NCBI GenBank assembly: GCA_035565175.1
Contig: DATMSZ010000085.1
Coordinates: 2,325-66,324, forward strand
Length of the DNA stretch: 64,000 bases
From: Pseudosphingobacterium sp.
GTDB taxonomy: Bacteria > Bacteroidota > Bacteroidia > Sphingobacteriales > Sphingobacteriaceae
Direction: 5' to 3'
Under the pieces are notes generated by a model that was given only the letters and a program-made list of their open reading frames with translations, searched no databases and had not been told where the DNA came from. The position numbers were made by a program, and so were the translations under genes. Shown here in pieces: positions 16,845-26,900 of the stretch (positions within the stretch are counted from its first letter, which is position 1; the number at the start of each line of letters is the position of its first letter).

Positions 16845-18641
16845 ATGATGAACCCTATTTTTAAAACCTACCTACTAATCCTGATCTTTTTTTTCTGTTT
16901 ATTGCGAGTGGCCGCGCAAGAACAGGTTTTGGTGGAGGCCGAGTCTTTTCGTCAAAAGGGGGGATGGGTGGTTGATCAACAGTCCTTTCCGGTATTACAT
17001 TCTTCCTATTTAATGGCACATGGCATGGGACGACCCGTAGCGGATGCCAAAACCCAGGTGAAATTTTCAAAGAAAGGGAGCTACAAGGTTTGGCTTAGAA
17101 CAAAAGATTGGGCACCTTACCCGGTAGGACCCGGTAAGTTTAAGCTGCATGTGGATGGCCAAGCCTTAGCGCCCACTTTTGGAGAAAGCGGCGATGGAGC
17201 CTGGAAGTGGTACAATGGCGGGGAGATAAGAGTCGAAAAGGATTCGGTTGAGCTGGTGCTGCAAGACTTAACAGGCTTTAATGGCCGCATAGATGCTATC
17301 TTGTTCAGCCGTGGAAGCAATACCGAACCTCCAAATGAGCTAGCGGCTTTGGATGGTCTACGTAATAAACTATTGGGCCTACGTGCAGGGTTAAAAGAAA
17401 TGGGCGATTTCGACCTTGTGGTGGTGGGTGGTGGTGTAGCGGGAACGTGTGCGGCGATATCTGCTGCCCGTTTGGGCTTGAAAGTGGCACTCATTCAGGA
17501 TAGGCCATTGCTTGGCGGGAACAATAGCTCGGAAGTACGTGTGCATCTGATGGGCGATCTGGATAAGAGTTACTACCCAAAGTTGGGACGGATTGTTCGC
17601 GAATTGGATAATGGTGACCCAGGTAATGGTAATCCGAATGCTAAAGAATATGGCGATGCGCGTAAGTTTGCCATTGTAAAGGCGGAAAAGAATCTTTCGC
17701 TGTTTGTTAATACCCATGTGTACCAAGCGGAGACAGCGAATAACACCATTAAGGCGGTTATTGGCCGAGATATTGAGACAAATCAGGAAAGAAGATTCAC
17801 AGCTAAATATTTCGCGGATTGCACAGGGGATGGTACCCTCGGTTTTTTGGCTGGTGCAGATTTTCGTATGGGACGGGAAAGTAAACAGGAAACAGGCGAG
17901 TCCCTCGCCGCCGATAAAGCAGACGATTTTACCTTGGGCACCTCCAATTTATGGGCATCTTTACCTGTTGATAGTGTAACGACATTTCCCGAAACACCTT
18001 GGGCACTCACTTTTTCGGAGGAGTACCATATTGATGAAGAACAGTCAGATTGGCAATGGGAAACAGGTTTCGGCAATTTTAATACAATTACCGAAGCCGA
18101 GCAGATAAGAGACCATAATCTTCGGGCGGTATATGGCAACTGGTCATATCTAAAAAATAATAAACCCGAAAAATATGGTAAAAGGGCGTTGGCATGGGTC
18201 GCTTATATTGGTGGAAAACGGGAGTCGAGGCGCTTATTGGGTGATCATATCCTGACCCAGATGGATGTGCAGGAAGGTAAAGTTTATCCGGATGCAACTG
18301 TGACGGCTACATGGACCATCGATCTTCATTTCCCAGACAAGAAAAATAGTCTCTATTTTCCTGACGAAGAATTTTTTGCTGGCACCAAACATATTCGCGT
18401 AGCACCATATACCATCCCTTATAGATGCTTATATTCACGAAACGTGAGTAACCTGTTTATGGCAGGTAGAGATATCAGTACCACGCATGTAGCCTTTGGA
18501 AGTACACGTGTGATGCGTACCTGCGGGATGATGGGCGAGGTGGTGGGGATGGCCGCTTTTGTGGCGAAGCAGCATCAAACTACACCCCGTGGTGTGTATG
18601 AAAAACATTTGCCGGAATTTATGGGCATGATTAAGGATTAA
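16845..18641 (+). CDS. Exported FAD-dependent oxidoreductase (FAD_oxidored/PF12831-like) with an N-terminal beta-sandwich (CBM-like) domain
   Basis: Sec signal peptide (…LLRVAAQE). Dinucleotide-binding motif DLVVVGGGVAGTCAAISAARLGLKVALIQD (nt ~17412-17501). The N-terminal ~130 aa (EAESFRQKGGW...RIDAILFS) precede the Rossmann fold. Confidence 0.7.
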   Translation: MMNPIFKTYLLILIFFFCLLRVAAQEQVLVEAESFRQKGGWVVDQQSFPVLHSSYLMAHGMGRPVADAKTQVKFSKKGSYKVWLRTKDWAPYPVGPGKFKLHVDGQALAPTFGESGDGAWKWYNGGEIRVEKDSVELVLQDLTGFNGRIDAILFSRGSNTEPPNELAALDGLRNKLLGLRAGLKEMGDFDLVVVGGGVAGTCAAISAARLGLKVALIQDRPLLGGNNSSEVRVHLMGDLDKSYYPKLGRIVRELDNGDPGNGNPNAKEYGDARKFAIVKAEKNLSLFVNTHVYQAETANNTIKAVIGRDIETNQERRFTAKYFADCTGDGTLGFLAGADFRMGRESKQETGESLAADKADDFTLGTSNLWASLPVDSVTTFPETPWALTFSEEYHIDEEQSDWQWETGFGNFNTITEAEQIRDHNLRAVYGNWSYLKNNKPEKYGKRALAWVAYIGGKRESRRLLGDHILTQMDVQEGKVYPDATVTATWTIDLHFPDKKNSLYFPDEEFFAGTKHIRVAPYTIPYRCLYSRNVSNLFMAGRDISTTHVAFGSTRVMRTCGMMGEVVGMAAFVAKQHQTTPRGVYEKHLPEFMGMIKD

Positions 18642-18660
18642 AATATTCCTTAATCATGCC
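18624..18660. terminator. Perfect 14-bp inverted repeat spanning two convergent stop codons (bidirectional terminator)
   Basis: GGCATGATTAAGGA (18624-18637) pairs with TCCTTAATCATGCC (18647-18660), with a 9-nt loop. It covers the stop at 18639-18641 (+) and the stop at 18650-18652 (-). Confidence 0.7.
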
Positions 18661-21600
18661 TTTCACCATCAGCCATTTGTGCTATTTCAGCTGAAGATAG
18701 GCTTTCGGCAAAGACCATTACTTTCTTTGCTAATCCCTGGTAGATCCGCTCGCCAGGGAATTCTTCGTTTTGTCCTAACTGCCATCTATTGTTATTGGCT
18801 AGGCTTACATCGGGTGCTACCGCTAAGCGCTCTTTTAATACCCCATCTATGTACAGGTATAGATTTTTGCCATCGCACACACCTGCCACATGGTGCCACT
18901 TACCATACCAATCAGCAGGGAGCTCGGTTGTACATTCTCCTCTTCCCCAGCCGCCTGCAAAAAAGTTCAGCTTCTTGCCATCAACTAGTTGTAACACATG
19001 CTGGTCGCCTTTTGAAAAGATATCTACCAATCCGGCTGCTGGTGCTTGGGCTTTTATCCATAATGTGATGGTCATGCGGGTATCAATAGCGTCTACAATG
19101 CGGTTTTCTTTCCAACTAACATAACGCTGACTATCTAATGTGAATAGCTGGTCTTTAGGTGAAAAGGCTAAACCTTTTACACTTGCTTCGTTAGCAAAGG
19201 GTGTTTTGTCTATTAATAAGCCATTCGACCCTACCTCCAAATTCGGCCCTCCAAACAGCAATGCTTCTAGCGCTTGGTCATAAACCAGGTATTTGCCCTG
19301 CTGATCTGCTATCGTAATTGTTTTTTGTCCTTTTTCATCTGTCTGAAATACCCATACCCGTTGTTGTTCTTCACCGGGTTGAAGGGTTAAGGTATCTATT
19401 CCGATCTCTTGACCACTTAACTGAATCGGTAATTGTATCTTCTTTGGAGCACCATCTAAATTTTTCACTTTGTAGTGTAATCGTTGATCAGCGCCGAGCC
19501 TTACCAAAGGTGCATAGCTTAGCTGACTAACTTCAAGGCGTGTTGCCCGCTGGTGAACAGATGGGGTAACGTGTATCATTAAATGATGATCGTCTAACGT
19601 TAGTTGATGCTCGCCAAAAGGGTATACACGAACAAACAGGGTATCTTGGCGTGTTTCGCCTTCTTCGAGCAGCACATTTTCATAAATAAAGGGTTCACCA
19701 TCTAGCTTGACTTCCAGTTGTTTTGTGCTTCTGGCTCCTTTATTATGCAGTTGCACCATAACGGGGATAGGTTCGTCTGGGTTTACTTTGTTCTTTAAAA
19801 CTTCCACTTTATTTAGGCGCACGGAAGGCTTTCCCGCATCGGCAGTTATTACATCGGCGAGCTGATTCCAGGTGCTATTTGCCTTTTCACCCAGTATGAA
19901 TTTTAACAGCGCTCCACTTATCAATGTTTGGTGGTCTACCTCAAATTTAGAATAAGGTTTTCCATTTAGCTGCACTGCCTGCAGGTAATAACCAGACTCT
20001 TTGATTGCGTCTTTCTGTATGGATATGATCTTTTTGTTGGGCAAATGAATGGTTACCTCGTCAAACAAAGGGGTGCCAAGCGTATAGATCGGTTTGCCGG
20101 GAGCTATTGGATAAAAGCCTAGTGCATTGAATATATACCAGCTAGATAGGGAGCCAAGGTCATCATTTCCCGGTAATCCACCCGGAGTGTCTGAAAAGCG
20201 GTCGGTTAGAATGCGATGCACCCAGTATTGGGTAAGATCGGGCCGCCGGGCATAAAGGAATAAGTAGGGCACATGAAAAGCAGGTTCATTATCGAATACC
20301 AGTTGTTGCCCGGACAAAAAATGGTTTAAGCGACTGGAAAATAGCGAATCGTCGCCCATTAGGTTGATAAGATCTCGAGGGTATTGGGGAACAAAATAAC
20401 TATAGATGTAAGTGTCTCCTTCTTTATAACCAAAAGTACCGGGTTGATTTTTCCATCCCGCCTCATCTTTTGGTATAAAGAAGAGTTCGTCTTGTTTGAA
20501 CAACTGGCGATAAGCTCTACTGTATCTTTTCGTGATAGTTGCCACAGCAGTGTCCTGCATCACTTTTTCTGCAAAGTTGGCAAGGGCCCAGTCATCGTAA
20601 GCATATTCCATTGTTCGGGTCACCGATTCGCCCATGGTTGCGGGTATGAAACCTTTTTCGTGATACACGGCAAGATCCGGTTGCTTAAAGGGCGCTTGGT
20701 AGATACTTCCTTTTAACGCTTCATAGATTTCTTTTGCATTTGCTATCATCGGATTTTTTAGATAGGAATCTACCAAGATGGGCACGGCATGGTTTCCTGT
20801 CATCGACTCGGTGGGAAGAAAACCACTTTGTTTATATACATCTAACATAGAGCCAACCATTTCTGCCTGTCTTTGCGGCCAAAGCAATTGGATTAAAGGG
20901 TGTAAGGTTCGAAAAGTATCCCAAGGAGAAAAGCTACCGTATTGATTGTTCCTATTTGTTTGATGTGTTAACCCGTCTGCACCCTTATAGAAGCCGTCGA
21001 CATCCGAGATCACCCATGGCAATAAACAGGCGTGATACAAGGCTGTATAAAAACTACGTTTGTGATGTACGTTCGCATCGGTTATGGAGATGGTTTGCAT
21101 AAGTGCCGACCATTCCTTGTGGGTCTGCTGGAACACATAAGAAAAAGGAACTTCTTTTGCTTTTCTCGTTTCCTGTAGCAATGCCATGATATTTTTCAAA
21201 GCTGCAGCATAGCCTAGAGGGGAGGCACTTACTAAAACAGTTAAAACAGTCGGAGAAGTCCGGTTTCCGTTGAAATGGAGTGTATTGTTGCCATCTGTTG
21301 GTTCTTGCTTGGTAACAGCCAAACTAAATTGAAAAGCACTGCCATGTTGTGTGCCGTAAGCAGTATTGCCCGATTTAAATTGGAGTGCACCTACATCTGC
21401 TATCCATAGCCTGGGCGCAACGCCGGCAGGAAAGGTAATCTTTATGATGCCTACACGAGCGGTGGCAGTACATTCTACCAAGGTCTTATCATCTTGGAAA
21501 GTTATACGGTAATAGCCTGGCTTGGCTTGTTCGTCGGAATGCCGAAAGGAGCGAAGCCTATTACCCCCTTTACTAATGGGCATCAGTTGTATATTACCTT

Positions 21601-21904
21601 TTGACCCCTCTGGAAAGCCGCTTTTATGCCCTATACACGAAAAATATTGGATGGAGCTGTCTGCATAATGGTATCCTGATTGGCCACCACCTGTTTCGGG
21701 ACTTATTTGTATATAACCCCAGGGCGCCGTGGCGCCCGGGTAGGTGCCTCCTTCCTTACCCCATTTTGTATATGCCTTCGCATCGTCTGTACCAATAAAC
21801 GGATCGACATAGTTGATTTCTTCCTGATCCGGTAAGATAGAAGCAAATGCGGTATATCGATAGCCAATTATTAAAAGTAGTAGAAAGAGTGATTTTTTGT
21901 ACAT
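18650..21904 (-). CDS. GH92 alpha-mannosidase with a C-terminal extension (two Ig/CARDB-like modules plus a LamG/concanavalin-like domain)
   Basis: GH92 N-terminal signature (VDPFIGTDD...GGTYPGATAPWGYIQISPET) and the EYAYDDWALANFA motif. The C-terminal segment KWHHVAGVCDGKNLYLYIDGVLK is typical of LamG. Confidence 0.85.
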   Translation of the reverse strand: MYKKSLFLLLLIIGYRYTAFASILPDQEEINYVDPFIGTDDAKAYTKWGKEGGTYPGATAPWGYIQISPETGGGQSGYHYADSSIQYFSCIGHKSGFPEGSKGNIQLMPISKGGNRLRSFRHSDEQAKPGYYRITFQDDKTLVECTATARVGIIKITFPAGVAPRLWIADVGALQFKSGNTAYGTQHGSAFQFSLAVTKQEPTDGNNTLHFNGNRTSPTVLTVLVSASPLGYAAALKNIMALLQETRKAKEVPFSYVFQQTHKEWSALMQTISITDANVHHKRSFYTALYHACLLPWVISDVDGFYKGADGLTHQTNRNNQYGSFSPWDTFRTLHPLIQLLWPQRQAEMVGSMLDVYKQSGFLPTESMTGNHAVPILVDSYLKNPMIANAKEIYEALKGSIYQAPFKQPDLAVYHEKGFIPATMGESVTRTMEYAYDDWALANFAEKVMQDTAVATITKRYSRAYRQLFKQDELFFIPKDEAGWKNQPGTFGYKEGDTYIYSYFVPQYPRDLINLMGDDSLFSSRLNHFLSGQQLVFDNEPAFHVPYLFLYARRPDLTQYWVHRILTDRFSDTPGGLPGNDDLGSLSSWYIFNALGFYPIAPGKPIYTLGTPLFDEVTIHLPNKKIISIQKDAIKESGYYLQAVQLNGKPYSKFEVDHQTLISGALLKFILGEKANSTWNQLADVITADAGKPSVRLNKVEVLKNKVNPDEPIPVMVQLHNKGARSTKQLEVKLDGEPFIYENVLLEEGETRQDTLFVRVYPFGEHQLTLDDHHLMIHVTPSVHQRATRLEVSQLSYAPLVRLGADQRLHYKVKNLDGAPKKIQLPIQLSGQEIGIDTLTLQPGEEQQRVWVFQTDEKGQKTITIADQQGKYLVYDQALEALLFGGPNLEVGSNGLLIDKTPFANEASVKGLAFSPKDQLFTLDSQRYVSWKENRIVDAIDTRMTITLWIKAQAPAAGLVDIFSKGDQHVLQLVDGKKLNFFAGGWGRGECTTELPADWYGKWHHVAGVCDGKNLYLYIDGVLKERLAVAPDVSLANNNRWQLGQNEEFPGERIYQGLAKKVMVFAESLSSAEIAQMADGERHD

Positions 21905-21985
21905 TTTATGTTCTTTAAGGCGTCTCTCGTTAAGACACTTTTTTGGGCACTAAATCTTAAATGCAAAACAGCATAAAAGCAATAA

Positions 21986-21993
21986 TATTTTTG
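21986..21993 (+). promoter_or_regulatory. Candidate Bacteroidota -7 box (TATTTTTG) upstream of the PUL-B sigma factor
   Basis: Matches TAnnTTTG and lies 97 bp upstream of the ATG at 22090. There is no good -33 TTTG at the expected spacing. The motif is common by chance. Confidence 0.25.
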
Positions 21994-22089
21994 TAAATAA
22001 CAGAAAAATTAGGTTATAATTGCTAAAAGTAGTATAGCCAAGAGCAACATCAGATATCAACCTTTCAAAAGCTTTTGAGATTAAATGTT

Positions 22090-22620
22090 ATGCAAGAATT
22101 ATTGCGGAAGATAAAGGAAGATGACGAATCGGCATTTAATGAATTGTATTTTCGTTATTTTAATCCACTTATTCATTTTTCCTATTCCTTCATCAATGAT
22201 AGGGGGATAGCGGAAGAAATTGTAAATGACGTTTTTCTTAAATTATGGTTAAAAAGGAAAAATTTACCTGATATCTCAAACGAAAAGGTCTTTCTTTATA
22301 CAGCTGCTCGCAACGCCTCTTTAAACCATCTGCGTACGCTTTCTACCAAGCGCGTTAAAAATATGGAAAGCTTTTTAACATCTAACCATCACATCTTTGT
22401 CGAATTTAGTCCGGAACAATATTACATCAGTGCCGAAACAAAAAACAGGATAGTTAAAGCCGTCAATAGCTTGCCTCCAAAATGCCAGATTATTTATAAA
22501 ATGGTAAAGGAAGACGGATTATCTATTGGAGAAGCAGCGGAGATATTGTTGCTTTCTTATAAAACTGTATTTGCCCAATTACAGATTGCGTTAAAGAAAA
22601 TTGCCGGAGTGATAGAATAA
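22090..22620 (+). CDS. ECF-type RNA polymerase sigma-70 factor (PUL-B)
   Basis: Region 2 (AEEIVNDVFLKLW) and region 4 HTH (LSIGEAAEILLLSYKTVFAQLQIALKKI). The track start at 22075 is a TTG, so I prefer the ATG at 22090. Confidence 0.85.
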   Translation: MQELLRKIKEDDESAFNELYFRYFNPLIHFSYSFINDRGIAEEIVNDVFLKLWLKRKNLPDISNEKVFLYTAARNASLNHLRTLSTKRVKNMESFLTSNHHIFVEFSPEQYYISAETKNRIVKAVNSLPPKCQIIYKMVKEDGLSIGEAAEILLLSYKTVFAQLQIALKKIAGVIE

Positions 22621-22683
22621 AAAAATAAATGTCTGCAACGTTTTAAGAACTTCTATAAGAAAACGTGTCATATACGTAACAAC

Positions 22684-23736
22684 ATGGTAGATAAAGACGA
22701 AATTATTAGGTTAATGGCGAAAAGGCTGGGGAAAACTGCTACACCGGATGAAAATTTACGGTTGGATGAGTACTTGCAGGATTACCCGGAAGAAAAGACA
22801 TGGTGCGAACTAGCATCTGCCATTCGATTGAAAACAGCTGACCAACCCGACAATTTTACTCCTGAAGAGCTGAAGGAAAAAAACACACAGCTTTGGGAAA
22901 ACATTCATCGCACAGGTGCGCTGGATGAAACGCTTGATGGTACACGAAATAGCGGCCGTATGGGCCGTTTTAGGAAAATTTACTGGGCAGCAGCCTGTAT
23001 CTGTTTTTTATTGGTAGGCATAGTCACCTTTTATATTTTTCAGCAACCTAAAGACCAATTGATTGCCCAAACAGCCTTCGGTGATACCCAAAGTGTTGAA
23101 TTGCCTGATGGTACGAAGGTAAAACTGAATGCTGGAAGTAGGTTATATATTGACCATCAATTTAATACCGATGCAAGAAAAGTGATACTGATAGGAGAGG
23201 CTTATTTTGAGGTTGTTAGCCGGCCTAATGTTCCGTTTCTAGTAGAAGCGGGCGATATTAACATAGAAGTGTTGGGTACTGCGTTTAATGTGAAGGCCTA
23301 CCCCCATGAGAACATCGAAACAACGCTTATTCAAGGTAAAGTTGCCGTAAACGTTAAAAAAGGAGACCGTATTCTCTTAAAACCTGCCGAAAAACTGACG
23401 GTAGAAACCGGCAATTCATCGGGCGCAGATGCGCAAAGTAAAAAGATAAAAGTGAGCAAGGTTACTTCTGACGGATCGGATGATCGAACGCAAATTGCGT
23501 GGCTTTCAAATCGATTTGTTTTTTCAGACGACCGCTTTGGAACTGTTGCAAATCAATTAGAACGAAAATATAATGTTCATTTTAAGTTTCAGGACAGTAC
23601 GTTACAAAATGAAAAGATTAATGGCGTACTGGAGCATGAAGATTTAATACAATCATTAAGGCTGTTGAAACGAATAGTAGCTTTTGATTTTGAACAAAAA
23701 CGAGATACAATAATCATCCATAACTCAAAAAACTAG
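22684..23736 (+). CDS. FecR-family anti-sigma factor (PUL-B)
   Basis: Single transmembrane helix (IYWAAACICFLLVGIVTFYIF). FecR motifs are present (LPDGTKVKLNAGSRLY, GEAYFEV, VLGTAFNVKAY). Confidence 0.85.
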   Translation: MVDKDEIIRLMAKRLGKTATPDENLRLDEYLQDYPEEKTWCELASAIRLKTADQPDNFTPEELKEKNTQLWENIHRTGALDETLDGTRNSGRMGRFRKIYWAAACICFLLVGIVTFYIFQQPKDQLIAQTAFGDTQSVELPDGTKVKLNAGSRLYIDHQFNTDARKVILIGEAYFEVVSRPNVPFLVEAGDINIEVLGTAFNVKAYPHENIETTLIQGKVAVNVKKGDRILLKPAEKLTVETGNSSGADAQSKKIKVSKVTSDGSDDRTQIAWLSNRFVFSDDRFGTVANQLERKYNVHFKFQDSTLQNEKINGVLEHEDLIQSLRLLKRIVAFDFEQKRDTIIIHNSKN

Positions 23737-23778
23737 CTGTAAATTATGAAAAAATGAAGACAGGACCAGAAAAATAAA

Positions 23779-23829
23779 TTAAGGGCGAGCGGCAACTCAC
23801 CCTTAAAGCGATAAGGAGCTAAGCTCCTT
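23779..23829 (+). terminator. Two tandem hairpins downstream of the anti-sigma gene
   Basis: TTAAGGGCGAG (23779-23789) pairs with CTCACCCTTAA (23796-23806) with one mismatch. AAGGAGC (23813-23819) pairs with GCTCCTT (23823-23829), followed by TCTTC. Confidence 0.5.
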
Positions 23830-23924
23830 TCTTCTAGTAATTATTAACCACACAAAGATAAAAAACCTTTTGATGTATTTCACCTTAAGGAGTAAGCTGT
23901 TCTTTGTGAAATCGACTTAAATGA

Positions 23925-26900
23925 ATGAAAACAAGATTTGTTAATGCTGTTATCTTCCATCACCCTCTTTACCGTAAATTTAGCATGATTATGAAAGCTG
24001 GAATTTTGCTAACACTTGTAGGTGTAACACAGTTATTTGCTACTGGGCATTCTCAAGAGAAATTAACTATCAATGTAAAACAGTCAACGGTGAGCTATGT
24101 GCTCAATAAACTTCAACAGGAATCCAATTATCGTTTTTTCTATAATTCAGCTGCTTTAGACCATCTTGGAAGAGTGGATCTTGCAGTGAAAAATAAGGAG
24201 GTTACCCAAGTGTTAGATGAGCTTTTGGGGAATGCCGTGCCTTATGAGATTTTAGACAAGAATGTTGTTCTTATTGGCGATCAGGAAGACCGCCAGCAAG
24301 TGATAAACGGGCGCGTGTTAGATGAGAGCGGTGCTCCCTTATCAGGAGTAAGCGTTCGGATCCAAGGGAATAAGCAGGGGACTTCCACCGATAATAAGGG
24401 GGCGTTTTCGCTATCGGTCGCCGTTGGCGCGCAGCTAGAATTCAGTTATATGGGTTATGAAAAGCGAATTGTTCAAATAGGTAATCAAACAAGCCTAAGT
24501 GTGACCTTAAAGATGGCGGCAGAAGGACTTAATGAGGTGGTGGTTGTGGGCTATAGTACGCAAAGAAAAACCGATCTCACTGGAGCTGTTTCCTCCATGA
24601 ATATGGAGAGTGTAAAGAATACCGCCGTTACAGGTGTTGAACATGCACTTGAGGGAAAAATGGCGGGTGTAACGGTGTTGCAAAACTCGGGAGCTCCGGG
24701 GGCTTCTGCCTCGGTAAGAATTCGTGGTATTGGAACTTTGGGGAATAATAACCCTTTGTATATTCTGGATGGTGTTCCGGTAAATAGTATGAACGATGTT
24801 GATCCGAGCAGTATCGAGAAAATAGATGTATTAAAAGATGCAGCTTCGGCCGCTATTTATGGTTCGCGAGCTGCCAATGGGGTGGTTATTATTACTACTA
24901 AAAAGGGTGTATCTTCCGACAAGGTGAATATTTCTTTTAATACACAGCAGGGTTTTCAAAGCCCTACAGGCAAAATAGATATGCTGAATGCAGCAGAGCG
25001 TAATCAGGTACATACGCAGGCCTATCGTAATTCAGGCTTAAATGTGCCCGCCTACTATAGCACACCTGAATCGCAGGTAACAGCAACCGATTGGCAGGAT
25101 GAAATTTTTAGTAATGCTTATACGGCCAGTTATGATATTGGTTTCAGCGGTGGTAGTAATACTGCAAAATACAATATCATGGCAAGTCATTTTGACAACA
25201 ATGGTTTTTTGAAAAACACCAATTTTAAGCGTACATCGTTCCGTGTAAATACTGAGCTAAACCTTGCTAAAAACCTAAAAATAGGGGAGAACCTCATGTT
25301 GAGTATCAACGATAATAAGGTCATTAATACTACCAGCGACTATTCCGGCGCCCTTTATTCGGCTCTTCTTTATCAGCCTGATATTCCTGTTTATACAGCA
25401 ACAGGTGAGCTGAGTGGGGTAGGCGCTTTGGGAGGGGATGTGGAAAATCCTATTGGGATAATCAATCGGGCAGATGATAAAACCGACCGGAAGCGGGTGA
25501 TTGGGAATGTATATGCCGAATGGAATGTGCTTGACCATCTTACGTTCCGATCTGATTTCGGATATGATTATACGAATGCAGTGAATAAGGTTTTTAGTCC
25601 ACGTATCCCAGAGGCAGGTAGGAAAAACGATGTGAACACTTTGTATCAAATTACGGAACAGACTACTCATTGGATTTCTACCAATACCCTAAAGTATGAT
25701 AATGTGTTCGGTAAGCATCATTTAATGGCATTGGGAGGCATGGCCGTAGAATCCAATAATTACCTCAACGATAATCAAAGGGCTAGCGGTTTTATTTCTG
25801 AAGACGAGCGATCGCGTTATTTCTCTAATGCCACCACTATTATTTCAATGTATAGCGGAAGAGAGGAATGGGGATTGATTTCCTATTTTGGTCGTTTAGA
25901 TTATTCCTTCAACGATCGCTATCTATTGGCAGCGAATTTAAGAGCGGATGGTTCTTCCAAGTTTGCTAAAAATAATCGCTGGGGAGTGTTTCCTTCTGTT
26001 TCAGGAGGCTGGCGTATTTCAGAGGAAGCTTTTTTTGAAGGAGTAAAGCATACGGTTAACAACTTAAAGTTAAGAGGTAGCTGGGGGCAGCTTGGAAATC
26101 AGAATATTTATGATAATTATCCTACCTACAGTATTATCAGGAATAATACAGACAATGACGGTTATTACAGTGTGTTCGGTGAAGGAGAAACCCCAACGCT
26201 TGGGCGTTTTGAATCTAACATTCCTAACCCAGATATTAAATGGGAAGTGACAACGCAGTGGAACGTGGGTGTTGATATGGGTTTCTTGAACAATAGCTTG
26301 GAAGTGGTAATGGATTATTATAATAAAACGACTTCTGATATTTTATTACAGGTGCCTATTACGTCCTTAGCGGGTGTAAGCACGGCACCTTGGGTGAACG
26401 CTGGAAAGGTGGAGAACAAAGGCTTCGAAGCGGCAGTAACCTATCATAAACAAAACGGCGATTTTAAATATGATATTGCAGCCAATTTTGCTACGTTGAC
26501 CAATAAGGTGTTGGAGTTGGGTGCTTCGCAAGCAATCTATGGTTCTACGTTTAGAGGTAACACCTTAGTGCGTACCACTACCGGTCTGCCAATTGGTTAT
26601 TTCTATGGATATAAAACGGATGGCTTGTTCCAATCTGATGCGGAAGCCGGTGCCTATGTAAATGCAAATGGACAAGCGTATCAAGCTTCGGCAGTAGCTG
26701 GTGATGTGAAATTTGTAGACATAGATGGAAACGGCGTAATTGACGCAGACGATCGAACCAATTTAGGTAGTGGTTTTCCTAAATTAACGTACGGACTGAA
26801 TTTTAATGCCAGCTATAAGCATTTTGATGTGTCGATGGCCTGGTACGGTGTTGGGGGTAATAAAATTTTAAATGCTACTAAGTGGACGGGTATATTCGTC

